A stretch of DNA of 64,000 bases from Minisyncoccota bacterium (GTDB taxonomy: Bacteria > Patescibacteriota > Minisyncoccia > UBA6257 > JAAZHW01). The notes beneath the pieces are model-generated. The model was not told the origin of the DNA. It made no database searches and saw nothing but the letters and a program-made list of their open reading frames with translations. Below are positions 57,683 to 64,000 of this stretch, one piece after another. A program made the position numbers and the translations under genes. The DNA lies in NCBI GenBank assembly GCA_035369485.1, contig DAOSMC010000001.1:2283-66282 (forward strand), in the 5' to 3' direction. Position 1 is the stretch's first letter. The number at the start of each line of letters is the position of its first letter.

Positions 57683-58375
57683 ATGAAGAAAGCCAAAATC
57701 CTTATTTTTTATGGCCCTCCAGGCGCCGGAAAAGACACGCAAGCTCGACGTATTGCGTTTAAATCAGGAGCTGTTATTGTTAGCTCATCAAAATTAATTG
57801 AAGAGAGAATTTTTGATCCTCAACTACAAAACGATCCAATTATTCAAAGAGAACGAAAAAATTATGAATCAGGCGCTTTATGCACGCCCGAATGGGTGAC
57901 CCAAATTATTAATGATAAAGTTAAAGAATTAGCAGCGCAAAAACAGGATCTTATTTTTACTGGTTCGCCACGTACAATTTATGAAGCAGAAAATGAAATT
58001 CCTTATTGGGAAACATTTTATGGCCAAGAAAATATTCATCCTATTTTAATTAATTTAAAACCAGAAACTTCAGTTTTTCGTAATACGCATCGCCGAGTTT
58101 GTGAAAAATGCGGATACCCTGTTATTTATTCGTGGGAGACTGAAATGTGGAAATTCTGTCCATTATGCGGAGGGAAAATCATTGATCGAGGTGTTCTTGA
58201 TGATGAGGCAACAATCAAGGTGCGCTTAGAAGAATATGAAAATCGTACCAAGCCCATTTTGGCTTATTTTCAAAAAAGAGGTTATCAAGTTATTGAAGTT
58301 GATGGCGAGCCGTTGCCAGATATTGTTACCCAAAACCTTATTGAAGCTTTGGCCAAAATTAACTTTTTTGATTAA
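57683..58375 (+). CDS. adk: Adenylate kinase with a zinc-binding LID (CxxC...CxxC)
   Basis: P-loop GPPGAGKDT and LID Cys4 (CEKCGY...CPLCGG). Confidence 0.8.
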   Translation: MKKAKILIFYGPPGAGKDTQARRIAFKSGAVIVSSSKLIEERIFDPQLQNDPIIQRERKNYESGALCTPEWVTQIINDKVKELAAQKQDLIFTGSPRTIYEAENEIPYWETFYGQENIHPILINLKPETSVFRNTHRRVCEKCGYPVIYSWETEMWKFCPLCGGKIIDRGVLDDEATIKVRLEEYENRTKPILAYFQKRGYQVIEVDGEPLPDIVTQNLIEALAKINFFD

Positions 58376-58376
58376 A

Positions 58377-59135
58377 ATGATTAAATTAAAAAGCGACGAA
58401 GAAATTCAGAAATTAAAAGAAGGAGGGCGTCTGCTTTCAAAAATTATTTATGAAGTAGCGGCAAAAGCAAAGGCGGGTATTTCAACTAGAGAACTGGATT
58501 GGTTAGCCGAAAATTCTATTTTAAAATGTGGCGGTGAGCCAGCTTTTAAAAACTATCAACCAGATTTTAGCTTAAAGCCTTTTCCTGCTACTCTTTGTGT
58601 ATCAGTTAATAATGTAATAGTTCACGGCATTCCTGGCAATTATTTGTTGCGTAATGGTGATTTGGTAAAGCTTGATCTAGGAATGAAATATAAAGGTTTT
58701 TTTACAGATATGGCCATTACAGTGGGAGTAGGAAAGATTTCGTCTTTGGCTCAAAAATTAATCCGCGTGACTAGAAAGGCTTTAGATTTGGCCATTCAAG
58801 CTGCTCAAGTCGGAGCAACCTTGGGGGATATTGGTTATGCAATTGAACAATATGTTCGCTCCGAAGGATTTTATGAAATTCGGGTGTTGTCTGGTCATGG
58901 GGTGGGTTATGCTCCGCATGAGGATCCTGATATTTTGAATTTTGGTGTTCCTCATAAGGGTATTAAATTAAAGGAGGGTATGGTTATTGCAATTGAACCG
59001 ATGGTAGCAGTTGATTCTTCGGATGTTATTGAATTAGCTGATGGTAGTTTTGTGACTAAAACCGGTTGTTTGGCCGCTCACTTTGAACATACCATTGCGA
59101 TTACTAGTCGAGGACCCATTATTTTAACCAAATAA
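58377..59135 (+). CDS. map: Methionine aminopeptidase type I
   Basis: Pita-bread fold with metal ligands (D...D...H...E...E: VHGIPG, DLGMKYKGFFTDMA, LSGHGVG, IAIEPMV, AHFEHT). The start was moved to the ATG at 58377. Confidence 0.8.
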   Translation: MIKLKSDEEIQKLKEGGRLLSKIIYEVAAKAKAGISTRELDWLAENSILKCGGEPAFKNYQPDFSLKPFPATLCVSVNNVIVHGIPGNYLLRNGDLVKLDLGMKYKGFFTDMAITVGVGKISSLAQKLIRVTRKALDLAIQAAQVGATLGDIGYAIEQYVRSEGFYEIRVLSGHGVGYAPHEDPDILNFGVPHKGIKLKEGMVIAIEPMVAVDSSDVIELADGSFVTKTGCLAAHFEHTIAITSRGPIILTK

Positions 59136-59136
59136 A

Positions 59137-59562
59137 ATGGCGAATGTTTTAGCTATTGATTATGGAACAAAAAGGATTGGATTGGCAATTGCAGATGAAA
59201 AATTGAAAATTCCTTTACCGCTTAAACCTATTATAGAAAAAAACCAGCAGCAGGTTTTGGAAAAAATAGCAAATCTTTGTAAAGAAAAGAATGTTGATCA
59301 AATTGTTATTGGACTGCCACTTTCTTTTGAATTTGAAGAAACATCCATGTGTCAAGAAATTAAAGCGTTTGGGGAGAATCTAAAACAAATTACTGGAATA
59401 AAAATTATCTATGAGAACGAGGTCTTAACAACTGAAGCGGCAAAAAAAATGAGGCAAACTACTTCGCAGTTAAAATCGCGAAAAGACAAATCAAAAAACC
59501 ATTTTGATAGTCAAGCAGCGAGTTTAATTTTGGAAAGTTATTTGAGAAAGGTTAAGTCTTGA
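59137..59562 (+). CDS. ruvX: YqgF/RuvX-family putative pre-16S rRNA nuclease / Holliday junction resolvase-like protein
   Basis: The N-terminal catalytic motif VLAIDYGTKRIGLAIAD and the size (141 aa). Confidence 0.6.
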   Translation: MANVLAIDYGTKRIGLAIADEKLKIPLPLKPIIEKNQQQVLEKIANLCKEKNVDQIVIGLPLSFEFEETSMCQEIKAFGENLKQITGIKIIYENEVLTTEAAKKMRQTTSQLKSRKDKSKNHFDSQAASLILESYLRKVKS

Positions 59563-59594
59563 TTTTATATTTATAATATGGTATAATAAAATAT

Positions 59595-60044
59595 ATGAAA
59601 CGAAATTCATTTTACATCATAGTCATCATTATTCTTGTCATCTTATTGGCATTTGTCATTTATGCCTACCTTTCTGATTATCAGAAGGCGAAAGAAAATT
59701 TAGCAGATCGAATAATTTCTGCTCATTTAGAAGGTTTCCCCGCGGGGACGTCGGTGAAAGAAGGAATGCAGGGAGAAGAAAAGACTGTTTTTCGAAAAGG
59801 GGAATGGATGGGTGTCTCGGGAAAAATTAAAACTAATGAAGGAGGAGATTTGTTTTTAAAAATCTATGATTTAGCTGGTAATTTGATTCAGGAAAATGAA
59901 AAGTGGCATAAATCTCTTCAGGCTGGCCAGGGCGATTTTGGAATGTGCTGCATTGTGGTTCCCAATGAAGTCGGTCAATATGAAGCGCGCTTGATTTTAA
60001 ACGAAGAAGTCCTTTACTCTTTAAATTTTTCTGTAACGGAGTAA
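59595..60044 (+). CDS. Hypothetical membrane-anchored or secreted protein
   Basis: N-terminal TM helix, 149 aa, no recognisable motifs. Confidence 0.35.
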   Translation: MKRNSFYIIVIIILVILLAFVIYAYLSDYQKAKENLADRIISAHLEGFPAGTSVKEGMQGEEKTVFRKGEWMGVSGKIKTNEGGDLFLKIYDLAGNLIQENEKWHKSLQAGQGDFGMCCIVVPNEVGQYEARLILNEEVLYSLNFSVTE

Positions 60045-60085
60045 AATATAGTTAGAGGTTTAAAAATTTTTAAAAGGAGAATGAA

Positions 60086-60337
60086 ATGAAAAAATATTTC
60101 ATTTCTTTTGTGGAAGAATTCATTTTTAATCCAAAGTATCAAGATCATATAGCCGGACGAGTAGAAATATATTTGAGAAAAAGTCAGTATGATATCGATG
60201 AGTTGAGATTCTTTACTAAAAAGATTAAGAAATTTAATCGTTTTCGTAACAAATGGGACTTGGAAGAAGTTTCGGAATCTCAATTAGAAAAAATTAGAAA
60301 AATTATTGCAAAAGAATTTAATGAAATTGAAGAGTAA
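60086..60337 (+). CDS. Small hypothetical protein (83 aa) with a rare Shine-Dalgarno-like AAGGAGA upstream and its own terminator
   Basis: aaaggaga lies 6-8 nt before the ATG. A hairpin plus T-run terminator follows at 60344-60373. Confidence 0.35.
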   Translation: MKKYFISFVEEFIFNPKYQDHIAGRVEIYLRKSQYDIDELRFFTKKIKKFNRFRNKWDLEEVSESQLEKIRKIIAKEFNEIEE

Positions 60338-60343
60338 AAATAT

Positions 60344-60373
60344 CAACCGCTTCGGAATGGGGCGGTTTTTTTA
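60344..60373 (+). terminator. Rho-independent terminator (GC stem accgc...gcggt followed by T8)
   Basis: aaccgcttcggaatggggcggttttttt. Confidence 0.5.
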
Positions 60374-60496
60374 TAATATTAAGAATAAATCGAATAAAAA
60401 ACCAAAGAAGCATTTTTAGGAAGCTCTATTTTTTATTGCCGTTTTTAGTCAGCGTTGACTTTTGTGTTTTTAATTTTAAGTTTATAATATATTCAT

Positions 60497-61228
60497 ATGG
60501 CTAAGCCATTTCTTTCTGTTATTATTCCTGCTTACAACGAAGCCAAGCGTTTACCCAAAACGCTTTTAGATATGGATAAATATTTAACTCAGGCAGGTTT
60601 TTCATATGAAATCATTGTAGTTAATGATGGTTCAAAGGATCATACGGCAGAAATTGTTACCAAAATGCGGGAATTTATTAAAAACCTCTATTTGATTGAT
60701 AACAAAGATAATCAAGGAAAAGGAGGGGTGGTTGCTCAAGGAATGTTGGCAGCGAAAGGAACATTACGATTATTTTCTGATGCTGATAATTCCACATCCC
60801 TTGATCAGGTGGAAAAGTTCTTTCCTTATTTTAAACAAGGATATGACGTAGTTATTGGCTCTCGTTATGTTAAGGATTCAGAATTACCGGTAAAACAACC
60901 TTTTTTTCGGCAGTTGCCCGGTAGAATAGGAAATTTTCTCATTCGTCTTTTAGCTGTGCCGGGCATTAAAGATACTCAATGCGGTTTTAAAGCTTTTACT
61001 GAAGAAGCAGCGTCAAAAATTTTCCCTCAATTAACAATAAAACGATGGGGTTTTGATATTGAAATTTTAGTTTTAGCACGACTAATGGGTTTTCGTATTA
61101 AAGAAGTTGGAGTGCGCTGGATTAACGATCCTGATTCTAAAGTAAAAGCGTCGGCCTATATTGAAGTTTTAACAGAATTAATAAAAATTCGACTTAATAT
61201 TTGGCGGAAAAAATATAAAATAAATTAA
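60497..61228 (+). CDS. GT2-family glycosyltransferase (dolichyl/polyprenyl-phosphate hexosyltransferase-like)
   Basis: LSVIIPAYNEAKRL, DxD (DAD) and a GT-A fold. 243 aa. Confidence 0.65.
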   Translation: MAKPFLSVIIPAYNEAKRLPKTLLDMDKYLTQAGFSYEIIVVNDGSKDHTAEIVTKMREFIKNLYLIDNKDNQGKGGVVAQGMLAAKGTLRLFSDADNSTSLDQVEKFFPYFKQGYDVVIGSRYVKDSELPVKQPFFRQLPGRIGNFLIRLLAVPGIKDTQCGFKAFTEEAASKIFPQLTIKRWGFDIEILVLARLMGFRIKEVGVRWINDPDSKVKASAYIEVLTELIKIRLNIWRKKYKIN

Positions 61229-62278
61229 ATGAAAAATTTGCGGAAGAATTCAAAAAAGAGAAAATTAAATAATCATCTCGTGTATATTTCTGAACTGAGA
61301 CGCGATCCAGTTTCGAATGATTGGGTTACAATTGCTTCGGTTCGCGCCAAACGGCCAGAGCAACTAATTATTAAAAAGCCGCAAAGAATTGTTACGCCTA
61401 AAAGCCAATGCCCTTTTGAAAATCCAGCGGTGAGCGGGCACAAACCGCCAGAATTAATAAAATCTCTTCCTCATAAAAAGGATTGGTTTTTGCAGATTTT
61501 TGAAAATAAATATCCAGCTTTTCAACCTAAAAATATTTCTATTAGCGAAAGAAAATACGGTCCTTATACCATTATCAATGGTTATGGTTATCACGAGCTT
61601 TTGGTTTTAAGAGATCATTTTAAGCCAATAGCCGATTATTCAACATCGGAATTAGCCTTTATTCTTCAAGCTCTTCAAGAACGTTATCGACAAATTGCCC
61701 AAGACAAAAAAATTAAATATATTTCTATTTTTCACAATTGGGGGTCTTCGGCTGGCGCTTCAATTTATCATCCTCATTTTCAAATTATCGCTATTCCTGT
61801 TATACCACCGCGCATTAATCATTCACTAATAGACAGTAAGCATTTTTGGAAAAAACATCGCCAATGCGTTTATTGTTCAATGAACAAATTTGAAATTGCT
61901 CAACAAAAGCGCATTCTTTTTCAAAATAAAAAAGCAATGGCTTTAAGTCCTTTTGTCTCGGTTGAGCCATTTGCTTTACGAATCATTCCTCTTAATCACA
62001 TTCCTTATTTTGAGGATACCCCTTCTTCGGCGCTTAATGAAGTGGCGGAAGTTTTGAGAAAGAGTCTCCAAGTTTTAAAGAAAAAATTAGATGATCCCGA
62101 TTACAATTTTTTTATTCATACCGCACCGACTTTCAAAAAGAATTCTTATCAATACTATCATTGGCACATTGAAATTGTTCCAAAAATTTCTATTTCTGCC
62201 GGTTTTGAATTATCAACTGGTATTGAAATTACAGCTATTGATCCTGACGAAGGCATTAGATATCTAAAAAGTAAATAA
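61229..62278 (+). CDS. galT: Galactose-1-phosphate uridylyltransferase-like protein (HIT superfamily, GalT type)
   Basis: The HPHFQ active-site motif (His-Pro-His-x-Gln) and an N-terminal Cys/His zinc site. Confidence 0.6.
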   Translation: MKNLRKNSKKRKLNNHLVYISELRRDPVSNDWVTIASVRAKRPEQLIIKKPQRIVTPKSQCPFENPAVSGHKPPELIKSLPHKKDWFLQIFENKYPAFQPKNISISERKYGPYTIINGYGYHELLVLRDHFKPIADYSTSELAFILQALQERYRQIAQDKKIKYISIFHNWGSSAGASIYHPHFQIIAIPVIPPRINHSLIDSKHFWKKHRQCVYCSMNKFEIAQQKRILFQNKKAMALSPFVSVEPFALRIIPLNHIPYFEDTPSSALNEVAEVLRKSLQVLKKKLDDPDYNFFIHTAPTFKKNSYQYYHWHIEIVPKISISAGFELSTGIEITAIDPDEGIRYLKSK

Positions 62279-62280
62279 TT

Positions 62281-62925
62281 ATGATTGAGGTCATATTTTC
62301 AGCAATTGCCAACTTTATTTTAAATTTAATATCTCAAATGGGTTATGCGGGCGTTTTTATTTTGATGGCACTCGAAAGTTGTAATATTCCTATTCCTTCT
62401 GAAATTATAATGCCATTTTCGGGGTTTTTGGTTTCTCAAGGTCGATTTAATCTTTATTGGTTGGCATTAATAGGGAGTTTGGGTAACCTGATAGGCTCGT
62501 TGGTTTCTTACGGGATTGCCTTTAAATTAGGTAATAAAGTCAAAGAATTCTTTTTAAAATCGAAATTTTTCGCTACCGATTATTTAAAAGCCGAAAATTT
62601 TTTTAAAAAATATGGCGTTAGATCTGCGTTGATTGCACGTGTTTTGCCAGTTATTCGAACCTTCATTTCATTTCCGGCTGGCATTTTTAAAGTTTCATTG
62701 GGCAAATTTTCCGTTTATACTTTTTTCGGCTCTTTAATTTGGTCTTATGTGTTGGCTTATATTGGATTGTATTTTGGTGAACAGTGGCAAATTATCGAAA
62801 ATTATTTTCACCGATTTGATTACATAATTTTAATTGTAATTGTTGGGTTTGTATGCTATTATATTTATAGAAAGGTAAAACAAATAAACAGTCGTAATAG
62901 CCATAATAATTCAATTGAAAATTGA
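62281..62925 (+). CDS. DedA/SNARE-associated family membrane protein
   Basis: 214 aa, multi-TM, with the DedA-like motif region (GYAGVFILMALESCNIPIPSE). Confidence 0.6.
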   Translation: MIEVIFSAIANFILNLISQMGYAGVFILMALESCNIPIPSEIIMPFSGFLVSQGRFNLYWLALIGSLGNLIGSLVSYGIAFKLGNKVKEFFLKSKFFATDYLKAENFFKKYGVRSALIARVLPVIRTFISFPAGIFKVSLGKFSVYTFFGSLIWSYVLAYIGLYFGEQWQIIENYFHRFDYIILIVIVGFVCYYIYRKVKQINSRNSHNNSIEN

Positions 62926-62926
62926 T

Positions 62927-63898
62927 ATGACTAAAAAATACAAAGTAGTAGTTACTCGTCGAATTCCCGAAGCAGGTCTTCGGTTGTTAAAAAAGGCTGG
63001 TTTTGAAGTAAAAGTGAGTCCCTATGATAGAATTTTAACTCGTCAGGAGTTGAAAAAATTTGTTAGGGGAGCTGATGCGATTCTTTCCCTTTTAACTGAT
63101 AAGATTGACGGCGAAATATTAGATGCTGCTGGTTCCCAATTAAAGATAGTGGCTAATTATGCCGTTGGTTACGATAATTTTAATATTGATGATTTTAAAG
63201 CAAGAAAAGTTTATGCTACTAATACTCCGGGTGTTTTAACTGAAACAGTAGCAGAACATACCATCGGATTGCTTTTTGCAATTGCTCAAAGAATCGTTGA
63301 AGCTGATGAATTTGTTCGTCAAAATAAATTTAGAGGGTGGGAACCAATGCTTTTTTTAGGAACAGACATAAGAAATAAAACTTTAGGGATTGTTGGTTTA
63401 GGAAGGATTGGAGGAGAGGTGGCCAAAAGAATGCGCGATGGCTTCGGATTAAAAATTATTTATTTTGATGCGATGCGAAATAAAAGTTTAGAAAAACAGT
63501 TGGGCATTCAATACACCCCATTCAAGTCATTATTAAAACAATCCGATTTTATTAGCATTCATGTGCCATTGACGCTAAAAACAAAACACATGTTTACTTT
63601 AAAAGAATTTAGAATGATGAAACCAACCGCTTATATAATTAATACATCTCGAGGAGCAGTTATTAAAGAGGAAGATTTGGCAAAAGCTTTGAAGGCAAAA
63701 ATAATTGCTGGAGCAGCATTAGATGTTTATGAATTTGAACCAAAAATTACGCCGGATTTACTAAAACTACCTAATACTGTTCTTTTACCGCATATTGCTT
63801 CGGCAAGTATTGAGACGCGTTCAAAAATGGCAGAAATGGCAGCTAAAAACATCATTTCTGTTTTAAGAGGGAAAAAACCTATTAACCCCATTTTTTAA
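62927..63898 (+). CDS. D-isomer-specific 2-hydroxyacid dehydrogenase (glyoxylate/hydroxypyruvate reductase or PGDH family)
   Basis: NAD-binding GLGRIGGEVAKR, a catalytic Arg/Glu/His region (NTSRG...HIA). The track start is TTG, so the start was trimmed to the ATG at 62927. Confidence 0.7.
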   Translation: MTKKYKVVVTRRIPEAGLRLLKKAGFEVKVSPYDRILTRQELKKFVRGADAILSLLTDKIDGEILDAAGSQLKIVANYAVGYDNFNIDDFKARKVYATNTPGVLTETVAEHTIGLLFAIAQRIVEADEFVRQNKFRGWEPMLFLGTDIRNKTLGIVGLGRIGGEVAKRMRDGFGLKIIYFDAMRNKSLEKQLGIQYTPFKSLLKQSDFISIHVPLTLKTKHMFTLKEFRMMKPTAYIINTSRGAVIKEEDLAKALKAKIIAGAALDVYEFEPKITPDLLKLPNTVLLPHIASASIETRSKMAEMAAKNIISVLRGKKPINPIF

Positions 63899-64000
63899 GT
63901 TATCCACAAAAGCTTATAATTTAAAGATTTTTTGGTTATAATATAAATAAGAAGATTTTTTAAAGGTCGATTAATTAATATCTAATTCAAATATGGTCGT

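Noticed and set aside
1-64000. Alternative genetic code (UGA=Gly, code 25) as in some CPR lineages
   Set aside because: Many well-conserved genes (ruvB, the LTD gene and others) end in TGA at the expected C-terminus and none need UGA read-through, so the code is standard (table 11).

Overview
The window reads as a low-GC (~33%) stretch of a small streamlined bacterial chromosome. Its gene content is typical of Candidate Phyla Radiation / Patescibacteria-like genomes: standard code with TGA stops, almost no Shine-Dalgarno motifs, and an S10-spc-secY-adk-map ribosomal superoperon without rpmD (L30) that is cut short after map. It is dense with housekeeping genes on the plus strand: ruvB, polA, tsaE, murA, two mreB paralogs with mreCD-mrdA, holB, frr, rseP, proS, greA, lysS, serS, folD, murJ, lepA, prfB, ftsEX, tuf, 24 ribosomal protein genes, secY, adk, map and ruvX, plus tRNA-Gly(CCC), tRNA-Thr(CGU) and tRNA-Gln(CUG). 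The accessory content is a complete type IV pilus / competence locus (comFC, pilMNO, pilB, pilT, pilC, a pilin, pilD), a second distant PilB-like ATPase, a lamin-tail-domain surface protein and a PEGA/beta-propeller membrane protein. The sequence-level signals that genes do not explain are: (i) an array of three covarying hairpins with a conserved 20-nt core in the first 700 bp, (ii) a family of seven very long GC-stem / AT-interior perfect palindromes scattered between genes, one in a divergent promoter region, (iii) an 880-bp gene-free gap with a GC-enriched candidate ncRNA, (iv) a repeat-rich structured element between holB and frr, and (v) a nested hairpin that sequesters a GGAGG between rpsJ and rplC. 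Several ORF-track starts are TTG/GTG artefacts or read into palindromes and were trimmed to internal ATGs. No CRISPR, IS or phage genes were seen.
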